NCBI RefSeq assembly: GCF_009914755.1
Contig: NC_060928.1
Direction: 5' to 3' (one strand)
Origin: the human T2T-CHM13v2.0 reference genome, Homo sapiens
Length of the DNA: 64,000 nt
Below the pieces are notes generated by a model. It did not search any database. It was not told the origin of the DNA and worked only from the letters and a program-made list of their open reading frames with translations. This document shows, piece after piece, positions 38,390 to 53,834 of this stretch (position 1 is its first letter; every line of letters begins with the position of its first letter). Both the position numbers and the translations under genes were made by a program.

Positions 38390-38924
38390 GCAAGTATAGA
38401 AAGTGTCGAGACCAGCTCAGTCGTTAAGACTGTAACACAGCGGTGCTAGAGGAATTAAAGACACACACACACACACAGAAATATAGAGCATGGAGTGGGA
38501 AATCAGGGGGCTGACAGCCTTCAGAGCTGAGAACCATGAACAGAGTTTTACCCACATATTTATTGACAGCAAGCCAGTGATAAGCATTGTTTCTATAGAT
38601 TATAGATTAACTAAAAGTATTCCTTATTGGAAATAAAGGTATGGGTCTGTCTAGTTATCTGCAGCAGGAGCATGTCCTTAAGGCACAGATCACTCATGCT
38701 ATTTTTGTGGTTTAAGAACACCTTTAAGCGGTTTTCCACCCTGGGTGGACCAGATGTTCCTTGCCCTCATTCAGGTAAACCAACAACCTTCCAGCATGGA
38801 CGACATGGTCATCACGAACATGTCACATTGCTGCAGAGATTTTAAACAAAATTTATGGCCAGTCTTGTGGCTAGTTTATGGCCGGATTTGGGGGCCTATT
38901 CCCAACATGTCCACCTTCTTTGAT

Positions 38925-39980
38925 TTGCAAAGCGATAAAAGCAAAGGCAGCTTTGTCATGGCGAGCTACTCCTTGCAGGAGTCAGGATCAGCATCTGCAG
39001 ACTATACAAACACAAACAACACAGATTAAAAGCACAATCAACATTGAAATCACAGAGCTTCCAAGTGTTTTTATCCATTTTAATGGGTTATTAGCTGCTA
39101 ATCTGTCTGCAGCTCCTTCAAACACTCCAGTTCCTGGCATTAAGTTCAGGTGTGCCTGGGATGCTTTAAATTTTTTTCTTTTTATTTTGTAATATCCAAA
39201 GAGAAGTTTGTAGAGTGTCCTTCTAGATGATTTTTTATTCTTTCCCAAATTTGTATCTTATTAATAGTTATTAATAGTTTCCACAAATCCTTATGTTTAG
39301 CTCCTACAATGGGCCATATCATTTGAGGTTGAGGTGCCACTATACCACCATGGTTCCAGATAATAGGAACTCTTGACATACTTCTTACCATTTCTACCAT
39401 CTGACTGTTTTGTTCAGACCAGCTGAACATAGTGTGGCTGTGGCACACAGACTGAGGGGTGCAATTTAAGCTAAACATCCCCTTAGGGGACCAATCAATA
39501 ATGATTCCATAGGAATCATTGCACAGCACCTCCACCTGTTCTGCAATGAAATCTTCCCAAACAACTGTTCATTTTTTCTGACTGGGTCCAATCCTGTTTA
39601 CAAATAGGTTTGTGAGGGCGGTATGCCTTAATTATAGGAGCAGATTTATTATGGTAAATACTGAGATCAGAAAGCATGTGTAACTGTGTCATAGAGTGAT
39701 TACATCCAGGCATTATTGCCAGCCAAGATTGATAAATATGCCCAATAAGTATAACTGTTCTCTGTGTCAGCCCTTGTTGAAGGAATACTCATGGGAATGG
39801 TGATCACCACTATCATAGCTATCATTAAATTACTCATTGTGACTAATTGTCCCACTTTCCTTAGGTTTTCTTCCACCATCTGTGACAGCTTCTTGATCTG
39901 TCCCCAGGTAGGTGGCTGTGTCGACGGGTGTTACTCGTGACAGTTGGGGTCCTCCTCAGCATCAGTCTTGACATGGCTGC
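38925..39980 (-). pseudogene. env: HML-3 env remnant (partial SU joined to TM C-terminus)
   Basis: IIDWSPKG SU motif; LAANNPLKWIKTLGSSVISMLIVLLICVVCVCIVC transmembrane region. Confidence 0.85.
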
Positions 39981-40019
39981 AAGCGGGGTGGTCCTTAGGA
40001 TCCTTCCAGAATCTCTTCC

Positions 40020-41400
40020 TTGACATCTGGCTCATGATAAGGTTTCAAGTGTCTTGATGGTATCCAAATCGGCTGTTGATTCAGTCCTGGAGAAACACAG
40101 GAATAACCAATTAAAAAATTGACAGTTTCATTTTAGGAAAATGATTATCGAGAATACTCACAGTCAGCTAAATGGATTTGCCAAGTAAGACTATTTATAA
40201 AAGCCTTCTGTATTTTTGCCTTTGTGAGAGGGACAATAATTTTTCCAGGATCATATCTGTGTAATTTAACAATCCGAGTTCTCCCATTTCCTACCATAGT
40301 AGCGATTTGATCCAAATAAGGAATTAGAGTCTGTGAATTAGTATGTGGAAGAAAAAGCCATTCTACTAAGTCCTGCTCTTGGATAATAACATCAGTAGGT
40401 GAATCCTGAGTTGGAAAAATTAGCAAATCTAGAGTCTTCTCTGGATCTATTCTATTTATTTGGGCTTTATGGACTTACTTTTTGATTAGCTGTAACTCTG
40501 CCTCAGCCTCCTTTGTTAATTGCCAAGGGATAGTGAGAATAGGATCTCCTCTAAGGATAGAAAATAGATTACTCATGGCATAGGTAGGAATGCCTAGAGC
40601 AAGTCGTATCCAATTAATGCCCCCTAGTAATTTTTGAAAGTCATTTAAAAATTTTCAATTGATCCCTACTTATGGCTACTTTCTGTGGCACAATGGTAGA
40701 GTCATTTACTAAGGTCCCCAAGTAGGAGTAGGGAGTAGTAGTTTGAATTTTGTCAGGAGCTATAATTAAACCAGCACAAGAAATCAAATTTTGCAAGTGA
40801 TCATAACATTGGAGTAATATTTCTCAAGTGAGGGCAGCACAAAGTATATCATCCATATAATGAATAATGTAACACTGTGAAAAATTTTTAGGAGTAGGTT
40901 CAATTGCTTGCCCTACATAAGTCTGGCAAATTGTTGTACTGTTTAACATGCCTTGTGGCAACACTTTCCAGTGAAAATGCTTAGCAGGCTGCAGGTTGTT
41001 TACTGCAGGAATTATAAACGCAAACCATTCACAGTCTTGTCCGCTAAGGGGATAGTAAAGAAAGAGTCTTTTAAATCTATGACGACTAAAGGCCAATTTT
41101 TTGGAATTATAGCAGGAGAAGGCAATCCTGGCTGTAATGCCCCCATAGGTTGTATAACTGAATTAATGGCTCTTAAGTCAGTTAACATTCTCCATTTACC
41201 TGATTTTTTCTTAATTACAAAAACTGGAGAATTCCAAGGGGAAAATGTTGGAGCTATGTGCCCATTTTCTAATTGTTCAGTAATTCCTCTGAAGCCTCCA
41301 GTTTCTCTTTATTTAGTGGCCATCGTTCCATCCAAATTGGCTTATCTGTTAACCATTTTAAAGGTATAGGTTCTGGAGGTTTTACAATGGCCACCATCAA
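40020..41400 (-). pseudogene. pol: HML-3 pol: frameshifted RT; RNase H and most of integrase deleted
   Basis: LPQGMLNS and IIHYMDDIL. The connection domain joins directly (about 40105-40115) to the IN C-terminal [21 protein letters not shown]. Confidence 0.9.
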
Positions 41401-42200
41401 AAATGATAGCCTAAACCTTGGCAGGAACTTTGTCTTTCTGCTTTAAGTGGTTCTTTCAAACCTTGCAAATTTTTGCCTAGTCCCACACCAGGGACATACC
41501 CCATTTCATGCATCACATGTTGACTCTGAGGGCAATATAATTGTTCTGGAATTAGAACTTGTGCTCCCCATTGTTGTAATAAATCTCTTCCCCATAAATT
41601 TATAGGTACAGAAGTTATAATTGGTTGAATAGTCCCAGGTTGTCCATCAGGCCCTTCACAAAGCAAAATATAACTGCTTTGATAGACTTCAGGGGGTTTA
41701 CCAACTCCAACTACATTAAATTGAGTGGGTTGAACTGGCCACTCAGACAGCCAATACTGCAGAGAAATAATTGAAATGTCCACTCCTGTATCTACCAAAC
41801 CTTTAAATTTCTTTCCCTGAATAGTTATTTCAGACGTAGGTTGTTTATCAGTAATTGATTCACCCAATAAGCTGCTTTGCCTTATTTGTGCTTCCAAATC
41901 CTCCTGTTCATTTAATTTCACTTTTTTCCATTTCCACATACGGCACAATCAGGAGCTGTGCTATGTGCTCTCCTGGCTCTGCTTTCCAGGGAACAGAAGT
42001 AGATACAACAATTTGAATTTCCCCTTTGTAATCTGAATCAATGATTCCTGTTTGTACTTGTACCCCTTTTAAGTTTAAACTAGACCTTCCTAGAAGTAAT
42101 CCTATCATCCCTGCTGGCAAGGGTCCATAGACCCCTGTTGGGACCTTTTGCGTGGGTTCCCCAGACAGAAGACTCACAGCTTTTGTGCAGCATAAATCTA
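41397..42200 (-). pseudogene. pro: HML-3 pro: dUTPase, aspartic protease and G-patch, frame disrupted between dUTPase and protease
   Basis: GRSSLNLKG...GIIDSDYKGEI (dUTPase); LVDTGVDISII and NLWGRDLL (protease); MGYVPGVGLGKNLQG (G-patch). Confidence 0.92.
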
Positions 42201-43594
42201 CTGCAGCACTACCAGCTGTGGTGGGGGACAGACATTGTACAGGGGTGAGGGAATGGCCTGAGCTGGAAATGCCCTGGTTTCTAATGGGGCCTGAGACGGG
42301 CCCCTCATGGCATTTCCCGAAATCAGGGTCCCAACTTTATCAATTAGAGTGACATTGATTACCCAATGTTTTCCTTTTTTACATTTTGGACATACTTCAG
42401 GCTCAGCAGTTTTCTTTTTTTCCCTATCTGCCTGCCTGACTTGCTGATTTTTTCTACATTCTTTTTTAATATGACCATGCTTCCAGCAGTTAAAATAAGC
42501 TCCAGGAAATGGAGTATTTCCTTTATCCACTCTCAGTCCTGCCTTTGCCTGTGCCAACAAAGTAGCTTTATGCTGATTACCTCCAATACCATCACAGACC
42601 TTGATATAATCAACTAAATGTGCCTTCCCTCTAATAGGTCCCAGAGCAGCCTGGCAATTGGGATTAGCATTGTTGAAAACTAATAACTGCAACACTATAT
42701 CCTGAGCAGCCGAATCTGCAATTACCTTTTTAAGAGACTCCTGTAACTGAGCTATAAAATCCATGTATGGTTCTTTTGGTCCCTGTTTCATAGCACTAAA
42801 GGAAGGGTATTGTTCTCCACCTGAAGTGATTTTTTCCCAAGCTTGAATGTACACTCCTCTAAGCTGCTCTATGGCATCATCCTGCATGACCACTCGTGCA
42901 TCTAAACCAGCCCAGCCACTGAACCCCAAAAGTTGGTCTGCAGTTATATTAATTTAAGGTTGGGTCTGGGCAATGTGAGAAGGCTGAATGGAAGCTTCAT
43001 CTGCCACCAAGTTTTAAATTGTAAGAACTGAGCAGGAGTTAAACAAGCTCGAGTAAGAGCATCCCAGTCAGTAGGAATAATCCAACTGGAAATAACAACA
43101 TTCTTTAACAGTCCCATTACAAAAGGAGAACCTGGTCCATATTCATTAATAGCTTTTTAAAATTCTTTAAGTAATTGAAAGGGAAAAGACTCAAATGTGG
43201 CTATATTTCCCTGTTGATCTGGGGGGTGTATTCTAACAGATAACTGCCAAGCCTCTAAATCACCCTCTCATCTAGCTTGCTGAATTCCTGCCTGAATAGA
43301 ACTGAGAGCAGTTGCTCAAGGTGCTGCTTGAACAGTCACTGGGGCAACTACTTTTTTCCCAGTGTCCTCCAGAAAAGAAAGATCTGGAGGGTCAGGCCAC
43401 TCTTTTTCTTCAAAATAATGAGGGGGTGCAGAAGCATAGAGATGAATCTCTTCCTCTTTTGCTGCTTTAGCTTTAGCTGGCAAACAAACCTGCTCTGTCA
43501 TGTCTTCTGTTACTTTGTTATACTCTCCTTCCTCATCATAATCAGTGTGAAAAGGTTCTGAGGTGGAACAAACCAGAGCCCACACTTGTCCCAT
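42198..43594 (-). pseudogene. gag: HML-3 gag (stops and frameshifts)
   Basis: MGQVWALV start; MHR-like KQGPKEPYMDFIAQLQE; knuckles FNCWKHGHIKKEC and CPKCKKGKHW. Confidence 0.92.
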
Positions 43595-43725
43595 TGTTAC
43601 CCTGATGCTTCTGAGCTCCCCTTCTTATTTACCATGGGGATTGCTTTAAAGAGTACTCAGATGTCCTACAGCTTAGTTCCACATTCTCCAACCGTCGCTC
43701 CAGTGACCCTTCGACCTGGGTTCGA

Positions 43726-43745
43726 GCCCCAACATATGGACACCA
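43726..43745 (-). other. Degenerate tRNA-Lys primer binding site
   Basis: Minus strand TGGTGTCCATATGTTGGGGC(TCGAACC) right after the 5' LTR, similar to TGGCGCCCAACGTGGGGC. Confidence 0.75.
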
Positions 43746-44824
43746 CTTGCTGAGACCAACTTGGTCATGGAGACCCTAACCCAGGAGCGCTAGAGGAATT
43801 AAACACACACACACAGAAATATAGAGGGTGGAGTGGGAAATTAGGGGGCTGACAGCCTTCAGAGCTGACAGCTGTGAACAGAGTTTTACCCACATATTTA
43901 TTGACAGCAAGCCAGTGATAGGCATTGTTTCTATAGATTGTAGATTAAAAGCATTCCTTACAAGAAACAAAGGGATGGGCCAAAGTAAAGGGATGGGTCT
44001 GTCTAGTTATCTGCAGCAGGAGCATGTCCTTAAGGCACAGATCACTCATGCTATTGTTTGTGGTTTAAGAACACCTTTAAGCAGTTTTCTGCCCTGGGTG
44101 GGCCAGGTGTTCCTTGCCCTAATTCTGGTAAACCCACAATCTTCCAGGGTGGACATCATGGTCGTCACTAACATGTCACAGTGCTGCAGAGATTTTTTTT
44201 ATGGCCAGTGTTGGGGCCAGTTTATGGCCAGATTTGGGGGCCTATTCCCAACAGCAAAGCATTTTGGAGATTTCTCAAAGAACTGTGAGTTGAACCTACC
44301 ATTTGACTGTGCAATGCCATTACTGGGTATATACCCAAAGGAAAATAATTTGTTCTACTAAAAAGAGTCATGTACTCATACGCTCATTGCTGCACTATTC
44401 ACAATAGCAAAGACATGGAATGAACCCAGGTGCTCATCAGTGGTGGATTAGATAAGGAAAATGTGGTATATGTACACCATGGAGTACTATGCAGCCTTAA
44501 AGAAGAATGAAACCATGTCTTTTGCAGCTGGTAACCATTATCCTAAGTGAACTAACATAGAAACAGAAAAACAAATATTGCATGTTTTCACTTACGAGTG
44601 AGTACACATGGCATAAAAATGGGAACAATAGGCACTGGGGAATACAAGAGGTGGGAGAAAGGGAAGAGGATAAGTGGCAAAACATACCACTTATTGGATA
44701 CTATGCTAACAACCTGGGTGACAGATTCATTCATACTTCAAACCTCAGCATCATGCAATATACCTATGTAAGAAACCTGCACATGTGCCCACTAATTCTA
44801 AAAGAAAATTTAAAAAATAGGTAT

Positions 44825-47655
44825 GTAAATATGACATAAAAGTTATCAATTTAGATACATCCAATTTGTTTATTTTTTTCTTTTGCTATTTGTGCTTTTG
44901 GTGTCATATCTATGTAGGCTAATCAAGATCACAAGGATTTATTCCTATATTTTTCTTCTAAGCATTTCATACTTATAGCTGTTACATTTATGTATATGAT
45001 CTCTTTTGAGTTAGCTTTTATTTATAGTGTGAGGTTGAAGATTCAACTTCTTTCTTTTGCATGTGAGTGTCCACTGCTTTGGGCACTACTTGTTGAAGAT
45101 AATACTCTTTCCCCCATTGAATGGTCTTAGCACTCTTGTCAAAAATCCGTTGACCATCAATGTATAGGTATTTTTCTGGATGCTCAATTATATTCTCAAT
45201 CCATATATCTGTCTTTATGCCACTACCACACTCTGTCGATTACTAGAGCTTTGTATAAACTTCCAAAATTTTGAAGCATGACTCTTCCAACTTTGTTCTT
45301 CCTTTTGCAAGATTGTTTTAGCTATTTTGACTTTTAATATAAAGTTTAACATAAGCTTGCCAATTTCAGAATAAACACCAGCTGAGCTTATGATAGAGAT
45401 TGCATTTAATCTATATATCAATTTTGGAAATATTTCCATATTAACAACATTACATTTTCCTATTTATGAATATGGCAATTTAAAAATTTTGTCATCTTTT
45501 TAAATTTCCTTCAAAAATATTTATTTCACAGTATAAGTTTTGTACCTTCTACATTAAGTTAAATTGAAGAGTTTTCTAAATTTCATTATAGAAATAATTT
45601 AGTTAAGATAAATAGAATTGTTTTCTAAATGTCCTTTAATTGTTCATCATTAGTCTAGAGAAATACAATTTTGTGTATTGATCTTATACACTGCAACATT
45701 GGTGAATTTACTTATTCTAGTAGTTTATTTTTCTGGATTCCTAAGAAACTCCATACATAACCTCATATGATCTGTAAATAGATATAATTCTAATTCTACC
45801 TTTCTAATTTATATTATTTCATTTTATTTTCTTGCCTAATTGGCCTGGTTAGGATCTCTTATACAATGATGAGTAAAAGTGGCAAGATTGGGGGTTCTTA
45901 TTCCTCATCTTAAAGTGAAAGCACTCAGTATTAATTAAATATGACATCAGCTGTAGGTTCCTTAGAGATGCCCTTTATCAAGTTGAGACAGTTTCTGTTT
46001 ATTTTTTAATTTGTTTTTATCATAAAAGGATGTCAGATTTTGTTAAATGTTTTTCTATGTTTATTTAGAGGGTTAAGAGGCTTTTCTCCTTTGTCTATAG
46101 ATACAAGGCATTCCATGCATTTATTCTGATTGCTAACCCAACCTTTTATTTCTAAAATATATCCTACTTGGTCATGGGACAGTATTTTTTTTGTATGTTG
46201 CCCAATCTGGTGTGTTAGTATTTTGTTAATTTGTGCATATATATTCCTAAGAGTCATGGATCAGTAGTTATATTTTCTTGTAACTTGTAAGTTGTATTTT
46301 CTTTTTCCCTGGTTTTGGATCAAGGTAATACTATTCTCACAGAACTAGTTAGGTAGTTGTTTCCTTTTCTTCTATTTTTGGAAGACTTTGTACAAAAAAT
46401 TGTATTAATTTATTCTTTAAATATTTGGTAGTATATACCAGTAAATCATTTTATATCTAAGCATCAGTTTATGGGAAGATTTTTTTAAATTAGTAATTCA
46501 TCTTTTAATTATTATTCGTTTATTGAGATTTTTATCTTTATTTTTTGAGTGAGTTTTGGGTTTTAGTTTCTTTCTAGGAGTTTGTCTTTCAAAATTTTTA
46601 TTATGATGTGTTTGTGTATGAATATGTTTTCGTTTATAATTCTCTGAGCTTGTTGAACTCTTTGGATGTGTAAATTAATGTTTTTCATCAAACTTGTGGA
46701 GTTTTCAGGTATTATTAAAAAAAAAAGTCTTTGCTGTTTTCTCCCCTCTCCTTCTATTACTCCCATTATGTGTATTTTGTTTTGCTTAATGTGTCCCACG
46801 GTTCTTTGAGTATCTGTTCATTTTTCTTTATTCTTTTTTCCACTCTTCTTTGGGTTGCACAACCTCTATTGATCTATTTTCACATTTGCCGATGTTTTTC
46901 TTCTGCCACCTTAAATCTACTCTTAGGCTATTCTGGTATATTTTTCACTGAGTTATTTTACTTTCAACTCAAGTTTTCATTTGATTGTTTTATAACTTTA
47001 TATCTATTTATATTATCTATTTGATGCTTGATTATCATAAAACATTCTCTTTGATTCTTTAGCATGGGATTCTTTAGTTCTTCAAAAATATTTATAATAG
47101 CTGTTTTGAGGTACTATATTTGTTTGTTTAACCTGATATCTAAGTCTTCTTGCATGCAGCTTTTGTTGTTTGCTCCCTACTCTACCTGTAAGGGTCACAC
47201 TTTCCTTTATATTTAGTAATTTTATATTGAAAACTAGGCATTTTAAATAATATATTGTAGAAACATACCTCATGCCTTTCAGGGACTTGTTGTTTTTAAT
47301 TTATCTATTTATTGATTTTGCTGAACAATTTTGTGGAAATCTATTTCATCAACAATGTGAAGCCTGCCCATATCAGGAAGATATTATAGATATTATAGTT
47401 CTTGACTGGGTGCTGGGGCACAGGGAGCCTTTTTTTTTTGGCAATATCCAAAGTGGACCAACCATCATGCTGAACTGGTTGGGGTACACAAGGAAGGAGA
47501 GGGTTGCGGCTCAATTACCAGAGATGCTTAATGATCTCATTGAGATTTAGTAGAATTTCCTGAATAAATGTTACTTCATCTCTTGTAGACCCTTAGGACA
47601 ATTTCCAGGTACATGAAATGGTTGTGTATGTTTTTTTTTTTTTAAACAATTTTCA
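44825..47655 (-). mobile_element. Old L1M ORF2 (44825-46570), ORF1 and 5' remnants
   Basis: PKLIYRLNAI.., HDQVGYI (ORF2); IHIMGVIEGE...NINLHIQ (ORF1). Confidence 0.8.
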
Positions 47656-49735
<2,080 letters not shown>

Positions 49736-50217
49736 TTGGATTTTAATCATCCTGAAATATTTTGTAATTATCTTGTTAAACTCTTTCACTGTGTTTTCCT
49801 AGTTCCACTGTGATATTCCTAGTTTTACATTTTCCTAAGTCACTATTTCTCATACAGGGATAATTTTGTCCCTCTAGAGACATTGTCAATAACTGAAGGC
49901 ATTGTTGATTGTCATGAGTCGGGTAGTTATAAACCTAAAGAGACATTTCTCAAAAGAAAAAATACAAACGGCAAATAGGTAAATGACAAAGTGCTTTACA
50001 TTTCTATTCATCAAGGAAATGTATATTTAAACCATAATGAAAGATTACCTCACATCTGTTAGAATGGCTGTTTTCCGAAAGACAAAAGACAACAGTGTTG
50101 GTGAGAATGTAGAGAAAGGGGAATCCTTGTACACTGTTGTTAGGAATCTAAGCTAATACAGCCATTATGGAAAACAGTATGGAGTTTCATCAGAAAACTA
50201 AAAATAGAATTACCATA

Positions 50218-50665
50218 TGTCTTAATCCTTTTGAGCTGCAAGAACTGAATACCACAGACTAGCTAATTTATAATGAACAGAAACTTATTGGCTCACAGTT
50301 TTAGGGCCTGGCAAGTCCAATTTCAATGTGTCAGTAGGTCTGGTGTCTGATAAGAGCCTCATCTCTGCTTCCAGTCTAGTGCCTTGGATACTGCATCCTC
50401 TGGAGAGGAGAAACACTCTTCTTTACATAGCAGAAGAGCAGAAAAGCTAAGAGGGAATGAGATAAGGAGAAAGAGAGAGAGAAGGAGACAGAGAGAGAGA
50501 GAGAGAACCCATTCCTAAAATCCCCTTTCTAAAAGATATTAAACCCACTCATGATGGAAGGGCTCTCATGGGTTAATTACCTCTCAAAAGTTTTACTTCT
50601 TAATGCAATTACAATGACAATTAAATTTCAACATGCATTTTGGAGGGGACAAGCTTTCAAACAAT
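50218..50665 (-). mobile_element. MSTC/MSTD-type MaLR solo LTR within an L1M fragment (about 49940-50790)
   Basis: AATTTATAATGAACAGAAACTTATTGGCTCACAG...TTAAATTTCAACATGCATTTTGGAGGGGACA. Confidence 0.75.
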
Positions 50666-52491
50666 TTCTCAGTATATTTCAAAAGGAAGTAGATTCAGTA
50701 TGTCAAAGAGATCTCTGTACTTCTATTTCCGTTGCAGTCTTTTTCACAATAGCTATGTTATGGAAGAAACTCAGTGTCCACCAGACAGAGGAGCCCCACC
50801 TGACATCCCTGCAAAGGCAATCGCCCAGTTAACTAGACCTACAATAAGCTCTGCCTGCCCAGAGTCATCACTAGCTGGCCCCTCCAGAGTCACAGCCTAA
50901 AGAAAGAGTGAAAGTCTATTTTTGCCAAAGAAAACCTGTATAGTCCAGAACAGGGAGCTGTGTCCTCAAATGCACAGACAACAATACAAGGACAGGAAGA
51001 TTATGAAAAATTAGAAAATAATGACGCCTCCAAAAGGAACTGAAAATATTCTATCTATAGATTTTAAAAATGGTGATCTATGTGCTCACTAACAAATAAT
51101 TCCGAATAATTCTCTTTAAAATGTTCAGTAAACTACAAGAATACATAAATAGATTCAATGAAATTGTTAAACAATACCCAAAGTGAAAAATTTGTCAAGA
51201 AAATAGAAGCAATAAAGGAGAAGCAAATATAAATCCTAGAGATAAAAAATACAATGATGGAACCAAAAAATTTAATAGAAATCTTCAATGGCAGACGTAA
51301 CCAAGCAGAAGAAAGAATCAGTGAGCTGAAAGAATATTTAAAGTTAACCAGAGGAGTAAAAAGACAAAATGATTGCAAAGAATCAAGAAAGCCTACAGAA
51401 ATTATGAGACACCATGAAGAGTCCAAACCTTCACATAATAAGAGGTATAGAGAAGAAGGAAGCAAAAAAGAGCACTAGAAAGTATATTTAAAGAAATAAT
51501 GATTGAAAATTTTCTTAATTTGATGTTAGACACCAACATACAGGTATAGGAAGTGCAGAGCTCTCTAAATTTAACCCAAAGAGAAGTTTATAAAGACACA
51601 TAGTAATCAAAGTACCAATATCAAAGACAAAAAAATTCTGAAAGCAGCAAGAGACAAATGCGCATTACATATAAATTAGTGCCAATATGACTATCAGATC
51701 TCTCAGCAGAAACCCTACTGGCCAGGAGAGAGTGGGATGATATAGTTAAAGAGCTGAATGAAAAAAAATTACTAACCAAGAATATTCTATCTAGCAAAGC
51801 CGTTTTTCAGAAATAAGAGACAAAGAAAAACTTTTCCAGACAAACAAAAGCTAAGGGAGCTTTTCACTGCCAGAGCTGTTTTACATGAATTGCTAAACGG
51901 AGTTATTTAAACTAAAACAGAAGTTTCTAATTAATAACATAAAGCATAAGAAATCACAGAATTCAATGGTATAAGTAAAACAGAGACATATTTAGAATAC
52001 AGTAGGACTTTAATGACGGTAAAACAATTTTATTCCTAGAACAAGGGCTAATATAACAACTATTTAAAAAAAAACTACAGCTAATATTACCCAAGGATAC
52101 ATTTTATAAATGATGGAAATTCTGTCATCAAAAACACAAATGGAGGAGGGAATAAATGTTTAGGGTTGTATACATTCAAAGTTAGCTTGTTATTGGCTTT
52201 TAATAGACTGTTATAAGATGGTCTATGTAAGCTGCATGATAATGACAAAGCAAAACACTTAATAAAAGCACAAAATAAAAATAGAAATGATTCAAAGCAT
52301 ATCACTATAAAAACCCATCAGACCACAAAGGAAGACAGCAAGAATGAAAGGAATAAACAAAGTGTCTATAAAACGACCAGAAAACTGTGAACAAAATGGC
52401 AGTAAGTCCTTACCTATCAATAACTACCTTTAATGTAAATGCATTTAATTATTCAATAAAAAGACATAGAGTGACAATAGCTAAAAGAATT

Positions 52492-52788
52492 GGCTGGGTG
52501 CGGTGGCTCACTCCTGTAATCCCAGCACTGTGGGAGGCCAAGGAAGAGGGATCACCTGAGGTCAGGAGCTCAAGACCAGCCTGGCCAACATGACAAAACA
52601 GTGTCTCCACTAAAATTACAAAAATTATCCGGCCATGTTCTCACATGCCTGTAGTCCCAGCTACTCAGGAGGCTGAGGCACAAGAATTGCTTGAACCCGG
52701 GAGGCAGAGGTTACTGTGAGCCGATATTGCACCACTGCACTCCAGCCTGGGCGACAGAGTGAGACAACATCTCAAAAAAAGAAAAAAG
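52492..52788 (+). mobile_element. AluS (Sx-like), full length
   Basis: GGATCACCTGAGGTCAGGAG; TSD AAAAGAAT (52483-52490 and 52789-52796). Confidence 0.95.
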
Positions 52789-53549
52789 AAAAGAATCAAG
52801 AGCTACTTATATATTGCCTATAAGAGATTCACTTCACTTTTAAGAACATACATACACTGAAAGTGAAAGAAAGAAAAAAATATATTCCATGCTAATAAAA
52901 ACTAAAAGAGAGCATGGATAGTCATACTTATATCAATGTAGACTGTAAGTCAGAAACTGTAAAAAGAAACTTAGAAACTTATTACATAATGATAAAAAAC
53001 AAATTTATCAAATAAATATTACAATTGTAAATATATCTTCCTACAACATTGGAGCATCTAAATATATAAAACAAATTTTAAAGGATTTTAAGAGAGACGT
53101 AGATTGCAATACAATAGTAGGGGACTTCAATATTACTCTTTCAACAATGGACATATTATCCACAGAGTAAATCAAGGAGAAAATATTAGATGTAAACCAA
53201 AATATTAAAAATAGACCTAACAAACATGTACAGAATATTCCATTTAACAACAACAAAGTACACATTCTTCTTAAGTGCACACACACAAAACATTTTCCAG
53301 GATAGACATGTTATGACACAAAACAAAATTTAGCAAATTTAAGAAGACTGAAATCACAACAAACATGTTTTGCAATAATAATGGTATAAAACTAGAAATA
53401 AAATACAGTAAAAATTATGGAAAAATCACAAATACATGAAAGTTAGACCACATGTGCACGAAAAACCAATGGGTCAATGAAGAAATTAGAAGGGAAATTT
53501 AGAAACATCTTCAGACAAACAAATATAAAAACAACATGTTTCCAAACTT

Positions 53550-53834
53550 GGTGGAGATAGTGGACACAAAAAATAGAGTTAAAAAAATGAATAAGACCTA
53601 TTCTTTGACAGCACAACAGGGTGACTATAGTCAATAATAACTTAATTGTATTTTTTAAATAAAGAGTGTAATTGGATTGTTTGTAGCTCAAAAGGTAAAT
53701 GCTTGAAGGCATGGATATCCCATTTTCTATGATGTGCTTATTTCACATTACATGCCTATATCAAAACATCTCATGTACCTCATAAATACATACACCTACT
53801 ATGTGCCCACTATTTAAAATTAAAAAAAATAGAG
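53550..53834 (+). mobile_element. L1MA2-like 3' end inserted into the older L1MA
   Basis: GCACAACAGGGTGACTATAGTCAATAATAACTTAATTGTA; diverged TSD AAAAACAACATGTTTCCAAACTT / AAAAAGCCAATATGTTCCAAAACTT. Confidence 0.85.

Larger units (their letters stand above)
38404..44253 (-). mobile_element. HERV-K(HML-3)/HERVK9 provirus with MER9 LTRs (5' LTR 43748-44253, 3' LTR 38404-38907)
   Basis: LTR start TGTTGGGAATAGGCCCCCAAATC, betaretroviral gag/dUTPase/pro/RT/env remnants, Lys-type PBS, degenerate 6-bp TSD AGAAAG/GCAAAG. Confidence 0.95.
34661..44820 (+). mobile_element. Old L1PA/PB 3' part (34661-34869, 38390-38403, 44254-44820) split by nested ERVs
   Basis: L1 text ...GGTGGGAATGTAAATTA..GCC|..GAAAG|CATTTTGGAGATTTCTCAAAG.. 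resumes across the insertions; 3' UTR and tail at 44600-44820. Confidence 0.85.

Noticed and set aside
43828-44361. 177-aa plus-strand ORF
   Set aside because: Antisense read through a MER9 LTR into L1; the equivalent frame is broken in the other LTR
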